64,000 nucleotides of DNA, from assembly GCA_025201805.1 (NCBI GenBank), contig MU619244.1, forward strand, positions 126,044 to 190,043. The letters are read 5' to 3'. Source of the DNA: Parasitella parasitica NRRL 2501 (Eukaryota > Fungi > Mucoromycota). Below are positions 10,113 to 23,837 of the stretch, piece after piece (the stretch's first letter is position 1; the number at the start of each line of letters is the position of its first letter). Position numbers and translations under genes: made by a program. The notes beneath the pieces were generated by a model. That model was not told the origin of the DNA. It made no database searches and worked only from the letters and a program-made list of their open reading frames with translations.

Positions 10113-13100
10113 CTTGGCTCTAGTCTTAAACTTTCCTTGTATAATTGCTCTTCATCTCGAGTGCTTTGCAAATTTATCTTTACAAAATCTTGTATTTCGT
10201 TGACTGGCTTCAGCTGGTATAAAGAAGATTGGTATTGTTGAATTTCTCGTATCACTTCAGCAGTTTTGGCTCGCTTGGCAAAGTTGATCAAATCTTTTGA
10301 TTTTTTCAATTCGTTGGCATTACCATCCTCGATAAAAGTCAAGTCTTGAAGGTAAATACCCAAGAAGGGTATGCAAGGAGGGTTGATAGAGTGAATAAGA
10401 TCTCGATACTCAATGAAATTGCGATTGGCGCCCATGAGTTTACGGATTTGCTGTAAAATTTGGCTGGTTCTTGTGCCAACCACATCCCAGGTACGCTGTA
10501 GTCTTCCAACAGAACTGTTGTCAAAGGCTGATAGAATAGCCATACAGGTGTTAAAGTTGTTCAAAACTCTACATTTCTAGGTGTATAGTCAGTAAAAATA
10601 AAAAAAAGGTTTGCATGTGAATAAATGTTACCTCTGCTACTTGGACCCAATATTTGATCAAGACGCTTCTCTTTTTAATATCATGCTGACTCAAAATGAC
10701 ATCGGAAACCCAACAAGTGATTTGGTTACAGTATTCAATTGAAGAACGAATGTTCACAGCTATGTTGCCACCTTCATCTCTGGACCAAGCTTTGTCCAAG
10801 CACTCGATAGGCCTGATTGCGCTGTATAACCGAAAGTCCATGATGGTTAGCTGACGAGCCATCTCCAGTGAATCGATATCAAGTAGCTTAAAGCGGTATC
10901 TGTTTTTTGGGAGAATAGGCACAGGAGGATCAGGTAATGTTAAAATCATCTTTTTGTGTCCGTCCATGGTTTCAGCTTTTCTTCTCCTTTGGATCAAGGA
11001 TTCCAATTGTCCATTCGAAAACCTGAGCGTGTTTTTGATATTGGAATGAGTGAATTCTAACAAGCGGTCGAGGAGGGCACTGTCGTCTTCATTGTAGTAT
11101 GTTTCAAGCCAATTCTTCAGAACATTGAAGACACGGAGACGAACCAGTTTCAGTTTCTTTTCTTCCCAGATAAAGACATCTTCCTTAGACAATCCAGGAG
11201 GACATTGAAGATTGTATCTAGCTTCTAGTAAATCAAGTAGATCCATCGAGGTGCAAAAGGACCGATAGGTTAATAAAAACGTATTGATGAAATTCATGTC
11301 TAGAAAATCATGAAGTGTTAAGCGTTCGACGAGCGCAGGAAGAGTTCCACCCTTCACACCGCCTTGCTCGTTGAATACAATTTCTTTTGGTCCATAATTA
11401 TAAAGTAGATAGTCAGGACGCTCCCTAGGCGTTGGTTTAGCAGCTGTCGATTTTGGCAACGGTGTTTCATCACCAAAAAATCTCTTGAGCTTGTTTGAAG
11501 ATATTTGCCTTGCAGCAGGCGCTGTTTGAGATCGTTGCATTGGGTAAGTCAACATTGGTGCCTTTGGTATCAATTCAGACTTATGACGTTCCATAATTTC
11601 CATCGCAGGCCCTTTGCCATCCTCTTCAGCGATTTTGGACCTTGAAGGCTTAAACCCATGTTTTTCTTCAAGTGTTAACTCGTCAGATTCAATGCCTTGC
11701 TCCTCATCGACCTCATGAAGCACTGCTTCATCTTTGCCAGCAGACGATGGTGCTTTTTTAGTTGGATCACTGTTGTCAAAGACAGAGTAAGAGGCATTAC
11801 TGTTGGTTCGGCTACGGTATTTGCTTGCCAGGCAGAGCACACTTTCGCAAATGAGCTTAATTGGCTCAAATAGACTTGAAGCGACAAGTTCTGTCTCTCT
11901 GGAACAAGCAAGAAAATCCACCGTTGATTTGTCTGTCAAAGCTTGCAGTTTGTAGAACAATAGACCTAGTCTTTGTACCAGAGTTTGCTTGCCTGATTGC
12001 AAATTTGACATTTCAGACTGTTGCTGTACAACGGTGAAATCAGTTTCATCGATATAGCCCAAAAGCAGACTGGCTTGGTTAGACAAATTACGGAAATGGG
12101 TAAATAGTGACTCAGCTAAAGCTACTCTGTCTTTTTGCAATGATAGCGTCGAAATACATTTGATAATCATCTCTGCAGAATCTTGAATACATGCTCCCAT
12201 TGTCTCCAGGTTCTCTGCCAGGTTGACCTGCAAGCTATAGCGGTTACTGTGGTTAGAAAGGTGTTTGCTACTACGACTGCTAAAGCTACTATTTCTGCTA
12301 CTGCCTAGCATGCAGTTTTTGTCCTTTTCATCTATCCATCGAGGATCAATATGTACGAGAGGAATTTCAAGCGATTGGCAGGCGTTGACGAAATTTCTAA
12401 CCATCAATAGCAATTCATTTGATTCGCTTGAAATTTTCCCAGCTCTTATTTGCTGATCGTCTCCACCAGTAGATAAAAATGCATGACTAGTCTGAATGGA
12501 CAGGACCAATTTTGTCATGCTTGCCATCATGGCCCTGTGGTGAGATCTCAGTGTACCATTTGATTTGATATAGCCCGAGTCTTTGTCGATGGTGGATGAT
12601 GCAATCAGCATAAATCTAATGGAATCCACAACATTCACTGAACACTCGTGATACAAGCTGCATTGGTTTCTTTTTACTACAACTGTCAGCTGATGAATGG
12701 CGATTGCAACGTTGCTGGATATCCTGTTCCAACTGAGGGGTTCATCTGAGTGTATTTCATGCGTAGAAGGTCCACGAGAAGGCGATCTCGGTAACAGCTG
12801 TGGTGATGATGGCGCCGAGTCTATTTTTAGTGAATTTAGACTTTGATTACTGCTGTAACGACTTGACAACTGAGGCTGAAAAAGGAGTGTTAATCATATG
12901 GCGTTGAACTATACTAAAATTTGGTACATTTACCTTTTCCTCGCTGACGAGTAATGTGCTTTGATGAGACCAGCTTGGCATGCCAGCTGTAGTTTCATGA
13001 TCAAAGTCATACGCACTGTCAACAGCAATAGTCGATTCTGACATTCTGCTACTCCTCTTGTTGAGTAGATTGACATTTGGCTCATTTCCATTCTTTTGCT

Positions 13101-13455
13101 GTGGCATCAAGCTGTTGTCAATGTGTTGTGTATCAGCAGTATCGTTGTATGACATGCTAAGTCTATATTCACTTTTTGTTTTCACTGGTATTTCCATCCG
13201 CTCTTTGTCCGATGCAATGACTCTAACGTAATTACTGGGGAACCAGCCTCTAGTTCCGTTGCATCTGTACGGCATGATTAATTGCTAATGTTAATTGAGA
13301 GAATGCAAGGATACTCACAGCCCATCCCACCATCCAGACGGCAGTTTGTTCAACACATCAATAAGGTCATCCTGGCTAAAGGAAAGCGAGGATGAGTCAT
13401 TGGACTTGAATGGGTAAAGTGCTTGGACTTTACATAGTATAGGTACTTCTGACAT
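10113..13455 (-). CDS. CDC25: CDC25-like Ras guanine nucleotide exchange factor (SH3, REM, RasGEF); 3' end probably lies in the gap
   Basis: SH3 VQALYPF..LSF..GWWDG/GWFPSNYV, REM VKGGTLPALVERLT..FLLTYRSF, catalytic EMARQLT..PPCIPFLGIYLQDLTFIEDGN..INFAKR. A GT donor at ~10112 runs into the polyT and gap. Confidence 0.88.
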
Positions 13456-14024
13456 TTTTTTTTTTATGGTAAAAAAAAAAAAAAGCAAGAAAGAAAGAGG
13501 AGGAAATAAAGTTTCAACATTACGATATTGTATTATTGCACATCACTAAATTTTAATAAAGCAGCATCTCTATTCACACAGACACAAAAACAGTGCAACC
13601 GGCATCTAATTGTTTGTGCTGCCTGTTGAGTTGAAATCTCAATTTGGCAAAGTCAAAAAATCGTCTTGATACCAAGCATCAAAAACACAGCAACTGTAGA
13701 GATCAGTAGGCCATCTTTGGCAGTTCAATTGCAAAGATTGTCGAGTTGAATCTTGATGTTAAAGTGCTTCAATGTCTGCTAAAAGTTTGGCAGTGTACTG
13801 TACCTGAGGACACCTCAAAGAGAACACGATCTGGACCTTTCCAAGTTTCTTTTCGCCAAATGTCACTAAAATAAAGAGAACGAAAATATGTTTATTAATT
13901 TAAAAATGACTAGTAGTAATATCAACTGTTCCACCGTTTGGCTGAATTGTATGCAAGTGTAAATTAAAAAAAAAAGGATACCCGGTGTTCAGTTGTTAAT
14001 AAATATAGTAGAGGTATAGATTGT

Positions 14025-15620
14025 CTAATATCCTGACCACGCGCGAATCTTTGGGCCCTTGATTTTCATTAGTAAAAGCAAAAAGGCCCACGCAAAATTA
14101 AGCATGCCAAAAAAGAAGGTAACCCAGCCTGGCCCAACTGCTTTTGTCATTGGATTTGCAATTAAGCTAAGAACGCAAGACCAAATCATACGCACAAAAT
14201 TAGCTGCTGCCGTTACACTGGCGCCTCTATCAGATACAGCATCCACTAGATACGACATGGCTGGATTGAATACTTGAACCATGGCAAAACATTGCACACC
14301 AAACATAATTATGGAGACCCAGACACTCCATCCCAATTGGACGGGCCAGCCCCATAAAAAGAACGAAAGGGGATTCAAGACAAACGCTGCTGGCCATACA
14401 TTGGGAGCAAGGCGATCCTCAGGAATAGCAGCTCCCCCGCGTTGAATCTTGGCTCGATTTAAAAAGTAATCTGACAGTTTCCCGGAAAACAGGGACCCAA
14501 TAACTTCGCCTAAACCAGGCGAGATGAACGTCAATCCGATCATGCCGCTGCTCAAGCCATAAACCGATGTGTAGAGTTCTGGAAGCATATTTTCAATAGC
14601 AAACATACCGCCAAACGCAAATCCGGTAGCCATAGAAAAGACCAGCACAAAAGGATGTCGAAGCAGTGCAAGTGATGCGAATGGGTTCATCATCTTGGCT
14701 TCTGCCACCGTATTTTGCTCAGATTCAATTTCCAACTTTTCATTTTCGGTGACAGTGCTATCTTGCTTTTCGTCGCTCCGAGTAACTGCTTTGCTCTCTT
14801 TGCCCCATACACTTTCTTCGCGGTAAGTTTCCTCCATGGCAAACACAACAAGTGCTAAAAGAATGCAGCCGAATACAAACAGTAACCAGAATACCGATCT
14901 CCATCCCCAGCGTTCTACCAAATAGCCACCAAAGATAGGCCCAAATAAAGGACCGGCAAATTGTCCAGTGAAATAGATACCCAACGCATTACCTCTCTCG
15001 TGAACATCATAGATATCAGCAACAGACCTATTTCAAACAAAGAACTTTCAGTTTATATATCGGTGCCTTTGAAAATCATATTACCCTGCACCGATAGCCC
15101 AAGCCGATGAGATGCCCACAGCTTGTAGGATTCTCATGCCCAAGAGCACGTTGATATCATTTGCAAAAACAGCAGCCAAAGAGCCAATGGTGTAAATGAT
15201 GATTGAGAAAAAATAGACTGATCTGCGAATTTTCCAATGATCACTGATGCTACTATAAAAGATGGGCTAAAAAAAAAAAAAACATACAAACTAAGACTGA
15301 TGCTGGTAAAGGACTTTTTACTGATCTTACTGCAATGCCCATGAACAACATGTACAATGAATTACTAAGAGTGACCATAATAGTGGGGCTATCCAATTCC
15401 ACAGTAATCTCCTCCAGAGCTGGTAACTATATGAGAGAAATAAGCAAAGTTTCTACAAGAGCGAAAAACAGAACCTCACATAAATTGTGGAGCAGAATCC
15501 AGGAATGATGGCAATAAAACAGACAAGGCCAAGCAACAATCTCTTTCGCCATGTGGGCAGCAAGCGAGGATCGTCTTTTACAGGAATCTTTACCTTAAGT
15601 AAAGAAGCCCAATATGTCAT
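14025..15620 (-). CDS. MFS transporter, DHA1 drug:H+ antiporter family
   Basis: DDPRLLPTWRKR, ADIYDVHERGNALG, GPLFGPIFGGYLVERWGWRSVFW, PEDRL, YLVDA..ASVTAAANFVR; introns between 15.0 and 15.5 kb. Confidence 0.88.
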
Positions 15621-16804
15621 TTTTGAATAGATAAAGAAAGAGAAAAAACCTTTTTTTTTCTGCTCCAAAGGAACACATGTGCTTATTGTTTACCCGGATT
15701 ATTTGAAAGCGAATTAGCATCAGATACTCTTGACAATAATTGGGCTGTCATTTTATTTGGCCTGTCTGAGTATGCTTTGGTTTTAAGTCGTCGTGGCAAG
15801 TATACATAATTCCTGATGGGTGCATAGCCTAAGGCATCCCTAACACCAAACTCAAGTGTACTGAAATTGAGAGTCTCCAACTTTGTGCTTTTGAAAAGAA
15901 AATAAAAAAAGGTTTCTATTAAGATTTTGCTTTTCCGATAACATGAAAAAGCTTAAATTTCTTGCAGGATGGAAAGATACATGACTTGGGCTGCTTGTTT
16001 GCTAAAGAGGGAGAGAGACCTTATGCAGAGGATATTTCTGAAACAGAAAAGCAGTTGGCTAATTTGTCACTTACAATGCTGACTCTACTGTAGGAAATGC
16101 CCCGTCAAATCCCTTCTGTTCTAGTTATACTTACCTATTTTCCTCAGTTTATTTGAAGTAGCTTCTTTGAGCAAAATAAAGAAACTAGCGCTCGTTGATT
16201 GTCCCACATTTATTTCGTGTCGATTTGCTTACTATTTCTAGAATGTGATTTCCATTCATTTTGACATGCCCTGAATATTTTCCTCACGGGACGTGGGTGA
16301 GTAATTTTGCCTTTCGTACACCTTTATCATTGGCTTGTGTACAGACAAAAATAAAGGGGAATACGATACAGCCAAGAAAATGTCTGTCATATTACAAACT
16401 ATGAGTCATTTTTCTTGAAATCATCATGTCAATGCTTGGTAAACAGGTTACAAATTAATGCGAGTGTATCAGAAAGAAAAGAGGTGTTGCAGATGATGCA
16501 TAAATGAGACAAAATAAGACAATTTAATAGTTTTTGTTCATGATCTCGAACAGATTTAATGTAGGGAAAGAAGAAGAAGAAGAGAGAAAAAAAAAAGTAT
16601 GTATAATTAGACTAAAAGAAAGGGAGAGAGATAGAAATAAAAGAATTGTGTATATGGAAATCGAAGTTTTGTATATGTGGATATATATAATATAATGTTT
16701 TTCATTTTTTTTTTAAAAGAAATGGTATATAGATTCATGTGTGTAGCTGTTTTTTTTTTGATTGCGCAGCAATTAAATTTCAATCGAGTCATTTCAAGTC
16801 TCAT

Positions 16805-17281
16805 TCAAGTTTCCCTTGTGCGATTATTATTGTCTGGTAAAGCAGGAAATAAATCGTTATTATCAGAGGTAAAAGACATTGTATCGTCATCCATGTCACC
16901 AGGATCCCCACCGAGAATGTCACAGAGGTCGAAATCCATAGGACATTCATTCATTGTATCGAAGCAATGATTAGAGAATGTGGGAGAAGAAGATGAGGGT
17001 TCACCTTCATGAGTGGCCAAGAGAAATGCATTCATTTCTTCGAGTACATACATGTCACTGGGATCAATCATGTCACCACCATTATCGACATTGTCATTGT
17101 TTAATAAATAAGGTTGTTGCATGATAGGCGGAGGTCTTCCTACAGGAGAGGACGATGATTGAAAATGAGAATCTTGAGGTGATTTTTGATGAGAAGGAGG
17201 AGACGGTGGAAGATAGGATAGCTTATTGTTGGTGTTATCTTCATGCCAGCTCCTCTGTTTGTCTTTCATCTTTTTTTTCAT
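16805..17281 (-). CDS. Hypothetical low-complexity protein (Pro/Ser-rich, acidic C-terminus); may have an upstream exon
   Basis: 158-aa ORF with coding-like composition in AT-rich flanks; frame open up to a candidate acceptor (tttacag) at ~17326; no recognised domain. Confidence 0.4.
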   Translation of the reverse strand: MKKKMKDKQRSWHEDNTNNKLSYLPPSPPSHQKSPQDSHFQSSSSPVGRPPPIMQQPYLLNNDNVDNGGDMIDPSDMYVLEEMNAFLLATHEGEPSSSSPTFSNHCFDTMNECPMDFDLCDILGGDPGDMDDDTMSFTSDNNDLFPALPDNNNRTRET

Positions 17282-18062
17282 ATAAAGTTTGCCTGTTGTC
17301 GTTGCTGTTGAAGTAATTGATCTTGCTGTAAAGTATTAAACGGAAACCATAGAGACGGATTTATTGCTATGGAGATTGAAAAGTATAGTAGTGGTAATAG
17401 TAGATCGAGCAAAACGAATAAGTTGATAATAGATAAAGGCTTATGGATCAGCAAAAAAGAGGCAGTAAAACGAAAATCAGATCAATCGTTAAATGTATAT
17501 AGTTTCCTCTTCTTTTTCTTCCTTTTTAGATTGAAGATGTTTGTAACAAACAAGAAATGCTGTCGTGAACAAGGGTAGAAAGAGCAGGTGTCTCTTTTCA
17601 AAGTGTGAAAGAAAGATAAAAACAATTTGATCTGTTTTTTGTTGTAGTAATATAGTAAAAGGAATAGTAAAAGAAAAAAAAAAGGAATAAAGGAAAGGAG
17701 GAAACAAACACGTATTTAAGGTGAAATGCCTGCAGACCGCAGCACTTTTTTTTTTTTTAGCGTTGAGCTACCAACATACAGTATGCCATCAACTACTACG
17801 AATTGACTGCTTTAAGCTTTTTGCCTCCTCGTTTTCTATATTTTTACACGCACCACGCACTGATTGCGCTTTGAATGCAAAACCGCAGAGGGCCACACTA
17901 TCCACAACAGTATTTTTTGAGATTCAGGTTCCCAAAACGGATGTTTACACCATGGTTTATAATGGAAAGAGAAGTAATACACAGGTACCGAAATATCCTC
18001 CTATTTTAGTATTGCACATTTTTTCTTTTTTTCTACTTTTTTTCCCTGCTTTGTTTGTAACA

Positions 18063-21000
18063 ATGTCATTGACAACAGTAAGGTACCAAAACAACATGTC
18101 AAAACAGCTCATTTCAATATGACTTTTGCTAAATGAAAAACAACGAAATGTAAAACATAGGGTGGCTTTGCGTGTCAGACCTTTTAATGAAAAGGAACTG
18201 AAAGATACATATCAGCCTGGAAACCTCATTACATTTGTGCCTGGACAACCACAACAGATCAGTATTGATCAAGATCGTCGCCATTTTACCTTTGATTACG
18301 TTTTTCCGCCCTATAAAAGTCAAACCGATGTCTATCAATCCTGTATTCAGCCATTGTTTGATCAGTTTGTGAATGGGTTGGTATTTTTTTTCATTTATTC
18401 ATTTCATATTTGCACTAATAAATACATACTCCTTTTTCCATAGATATAATGCAACTATATTAGCATACGGGTAATAAATAAAAATACCACTACGATAACA
18501 AATAACTCATCTTTTAAACAGTCAAACTGGAAGTGGAAAGACATACAGTATGGGCACATCTTCTTCCGCCCCATCATTTGCTGCTTCAACGATGGAACAT
18601 GTTGGCATTGTTCCACGTTTTGCGGACAACCTGTTCAGCTGGATCGACTACCAGAAAAACCAGCACAACAACAACGCACTGTACCACGTCAAAGTATCTT
18701 TTCTTGAGTTGTATAATGAAGACATCAAAGATTTGCTGAACAGTAACAACAAAAATGCATGCATCACTATTCGTGAAAACACAAATGGGCATATCTCTTG
18801 GTCAGGTGTACAAGAAGAATATATTCAAGGTTCTGCAGATCTTTTAAGGTATCACAGATATAAACGTGTTTGAAGGGGGCTGGGGGAAAGAAAAAAAAAA
18901 AAAGCTTCTAACGCATAAATCAAGCTGCCTTTCTCGTGGTTCTATAGCTCGCACAACTGCATCAACTGACATGAACGCCAGCTCTTCAAGATCGCATGCC
19001 ATCTTTTCGATCTCTTTGATACAAAACATTAGTTTGTTCGTCGAGAATGATGACAAGATTACAAAAACGCTAGAATCAAAGTTTCATTTCGTTGATCTTG
19101 CTGGTTCTGAAAGGGTAATCATTATGCAGAGCAGTATGTTTTATAATGACAAAAGATGGCTGACAAACATGTGCTTATAGCTTAAAAAGACAAATGCAGT
19201 AGGCGACAGGGCAAAAGAAGGCATATCAATTAATTCTGGTCTCTTGGCTCTTGGCAACGTTATCTCTGCATTGGGCGACGAATCAAAACGTCAACAACAA
19301 CATATCCCATATAGAAATTCCAAATTGACAAGACTTTTGCAAGACAGTCTTGGAGGCAACAGCCAAACCTTGATGTTGGCATGTGTTTCACCAGCTGATT
19401 CAAATGCTAATGAAACTCTTAGCACTTTAAAATATGCCAATCGAGCCAAGAATATTACAAACACGGTCGTACTAAATCAGCATCAAAGCATCACGGATAT
19501 ACTGAAAGAAGAAATCGCGCATTTGAAAGAAGAAATGAGAATCAATGATGCATTTATAAAGGAAGTTCACTTGGAACTCGACGATTTACGAGCCAAGAAT
19601 ACAGCATTGGAATCGTTAATATATGGTAATCATAACAACAACGGATTACCAAATTCAGTAGAAGGCAACAACATGAAGATTGATGAAACAGGGATACCGC
19701 TGACTGCTCGTTCACAACATCAACAAACATCAGCAAAGAAAACTTCTGTCGCTCACGTCATGAACGCTGATGCTGATCGTATGGACGATGACCAAGAAAC
19801 TCTGGTTGGCTCCTCTATTTATGACAATATACGTGCTTCCACCAGTACCAAGAGAAAAAGAAGGAGCACAAGCATCAATTATGTTAGAAAAAGAGTCGCA
19901 GCAACAACAGCCATAACAAAAACAACAAGTAGTAATCCTGTTGAACATGATCAAGACTCTATCCTGTCATTATTGAACAAACACAAGCACCGCACAAAAA
20001 AAGAGTATGCGTTTGTAAAACAATTAAAGGTAAGGGCACACGCATCTATTTTGTATATATCGCATGTAACATTAACACCAACACAATGTAGAATCAGCCA
20101 GTCCTTGCAAATGATCCCAGCAAAATTACAAAGTTAATCAATATGTTCTTGTCAAGCATTAAGGAACAAAAACAACTGCTTCAAATTATAGAACAAGGTA
20201 ATAAACAGCAGCAGCAAGTAGTAGCCAAAAAGCCACCACTTTCGTCCATACCTGTCAACAGCAACAAGAAGAAGGAATTTGATCAATCAAAGCCTAGTTT
20301 CATCAAACAACCAACGGCAATCTCACAAATGAACACTACCGCTAATAATCTCACAAATACATTGATGGTAGAAAACCAAGCCATGTCAAGCCAACTGAAG
20401 CAAATCATGGCTGCTATCAAGAAGGCCATGGTGATGACCAACAATCCATCAACATCCCTCTTACAAATAAAGCCGATACTTAACAGAGCTGCTCTTATTT
20501 ATACCCAGCATTCCAATAGCACAAAGACAACACACAACAGCAGCACACCTAGTGTCAGCAGTTGCAATAACAGTACTACAACGACCAAGAGCAGCAAAAA
20601 CAGTAACAGTGCTCGTGTTCAAAATAGATCAAACAACCCAGGCTGGCTGGAAAACAAGAAAAACATCACTGCAAACACGAAACGAGTGAATATTGAAGAT
20701 ATTCGATCAGAGATCAAGAGGTACTGCTACTTTTATCGTTGCTTCGTTCATTCAGCTCATCAATTATATATAGAGTCATGTCATTTGAGCATGTCAAGCT
20801 TCATCCTATTTGTTTGGAAATGTTAAGGTCATTAAAACAACAGGTAATTTAGAATATAATCAGATGGAATTATGAAAAACTGACCCAACGACAGAAAATC
20901 AAATTGATGAAAGAGCAAAAAGACCTGCTAAAAGAGAGACATGAGATGCTAAAAGAGTTTTACAAAGACGAATTTACAGAACAGCAGCAGAAACAACAGT

Positions 21001-21374
21001 ACATGGACGAAAGAATAGATACAATCACCGTCCAAGTTGATCTGATCACAGAAAACATCAAATTATTAACCAGCCCAAAATCAGCAACCATCAGCAACAA
21101 CAAAAACAACCACAGACTTATTGATATACTGAAGCACTTGAAAGAAGGGGATTTGCGTGCTCTCATTTTGCTTATTATTCAACAGGATCTAGTTTCTTTC
21201 AGCCTTCAAGCTGAAATAAATCGACATGGTTTGGATACTCTTCACAAGTTCCAACAAGGCTTGGTCCAGTTACGAAGAACTAACGATGTGATAAACAATC
21301 AGGTACTGATCGATCTACTCAAGTCACCTATTCGGTGCCTTTCGAATGGATTGGTATTGATTTCTGGGAAATAA
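18063..21374 (+). CDS. Kinesin-4 (KIF4/KIF21)-like motor protein, multi-exon
   Basis: [115 protein letters not shown]. Confidence 0.9.
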
Positions 21375-23837
21375 TCCGCAGCAAACGCAGAAGCAGCAAG
21401 TATAATCATCTGGTTTTTTTTTAACACAATCGTATATTATATAGCATCTAATTTACACCCATCTTATCATTTAACTCGTTCTATCCATTCTACATACAAC
21501 CTATCATGTGCATTTTTATTTTCAATATAATAACGTATATACTACCACATACATAGATCTCTTTACTATTATTGATCGCAACCGCAGCAGCAAAATTTCA
21601 TGGCTGCATAAATATTTACAGTTGCAGTTTGATGTTTGCAGCAATATTTAATCTTTGCATTTGAATACAAATGCCAGCAATGCATGGAACTACGACGCAT
21701 ATTCATAGTTTGTACTGTATTAGGCAAAATCCGACGGTTTGAAAAATGTTTATTTGATCAAATAGGAATTGACACGGGAAAAAAATATATGGATAAAACC
21801 AGACGCAGAAAATGTTGACTTTTTTGATACGAAAATGTCATCTTTTTATACTGAATTATCTCTATAGTAACAATATTTGTCATCATGGTTAACTATAAAA
21901 CTTGGCATGCAATAGCTTGTTATTATACTTCGATAGCTTATGCCTTGTCATGTATACATAGGATTACCTATCATGGAATTGCTTAATCTCATGACTTTAA
22001 ATAGGGAAAAAGATTTAGTTTTCGATTGTGTAGCATTTATTTTAATCAATATTGAAACTGCATGCATAATTACTTCTGAGGTCATATTCTATAGCACATC
22101 AGCTATTGATTTATGTCAAGGCATAGCCAGATTTCTTATGATGGAGTTCATGTTTTGCTCCTCAATCGAAAAGATGTGATTTTTTATGCCAGTGTGAGGA
22201 TAAGTGATAAAAAATTACTTTTCTGAACAAAACCAGATGTAAGACTGAAGTATTTTATTAACAAAAGATACGATCTCTATTTAAACTAAATAATATCTTG
22301 AGCAACACTCGGTTATATAGCATCTGGTATTTGACAGGAAGCGCCAAATATTATTAAATCGTAGTATTTCTAGGAATAGACCTATTCTTCTATTTTAGAT
22401 TGAAGAGAAGATGTGGGCAAGGTGTCTCACTGACATCCCGCGATCTGATCTTGATTTCATCTTTAAATAAGCCTAGAACCTTGCATGAAGTTCAATTACA
22501 ACTTATAGCTTATTCCTTATTTGTAAAAGAATTGCCAACAGTTAATATCATGATCCGTAAATTATAACTATGTTAGATGTATTACATATGTAGCCTTTAT
22601 ATGGATTCAGCATTTCTGGCACAACATGAATGTGTATATAATACATCGAGAGATGTATTACGAATAAAAGTGTAAATCTTTGGCAGCTTTGTTTTTAGAT
22701 CAGACTTTTGGCATAATAATAATTTCTGCTAAATGCTTGTAAAACCGCGACCTAACTTGTAAAACTTAGAATTGACTTGGCACTATCTAGCAGTAACATT
22801 TGCGCCCACGTTTTTTTATTGATATCCATAAATTTATCAGATGATATCACAAATTTTGCTATGTTGAAAGTTGCATATAAACGTTAATAAGCTTGGATAA
22901 GGAGTGAAGTATATAGATTAATTTGCGATCTTCTGATACAGGCATAATGAGCGCTATTATCTAGTAGATTTGTAAGGATGAAGTATTTATAAAGAGTTTA
23001 AGTTTTTAATTTAAAAGAGTTTAAAAGCTTTCACTAGACCAAATGCTAGGTAAAGATAGTTGGAGGCAAACATTTTCCCTAAAGTGAATATCGTATCCAT
23101 TATTAAACTTTTGAGAGCAATGACCAAAAAATACACAAAATCAAGTTAAAGGGGTATACCTACGATTAAACTCATGATATCAAGTATAATCAAGTAATCT
23201 ATCCAAAGAATCCGCTCAAAAACACTGGAAACAATAGTAAGAAAAACAAATGTCTACATCTCAGATTGAAAGCAATCTAAAAGGATCCTTTATCTTTCTT
23301 TTTGATTTCAACAAAATTCTTTTTCTCTTTATTCGAGAAAGTCTGTGTAAGCGATAGATATTTTGAAGCTTAAGTGAAGTTTTATTTTGTTCAACTGTTC
23401 CAAAACGTATTTCAAAATGCAATCTAGCTGCTTTGGCATTTTTATCTTTACAACTTACAGAATTATAATGAACAGTAAATACTAGCCTTGGGTAATAATT
23501 CAAATACCAGGAAAGGCCATTATTAACAAATCAAATACATTTGGATGCAGCAAATTTAATAGTGGCAGAGGATGGCGAATGAGCGTTTTGCAGCATATGG
23601 TCTATTGAATGCTGACTTATACAGCACATTGTATGTTGCTATAATTTAAGCTCCTTGCGATCATTTGGCGATTGAAATCCAGGCACAGCCAAAAAAAAAG
23701 GCTATCCCAATTTGTCAGCCTCATCTAACGCAGTTTTTTTAGACGAATATCGAGAAGCGAAAAAGGACTCATTTGAGTAGTATTCTTCACTAGCTGTTTT
23801 AATATAAATGTATAGGAATCAAGTAGGATGAGAGGTA

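Noticed and set aside
9054-10241. Long ORFs of X residues spanning the N gap (also 53481-53921)
   Set aside because: Artefacts of translating Ns
21600-23500. AT-rich region with short ORFs
   Set aside because: No recognisable motifs or consistent splice structure
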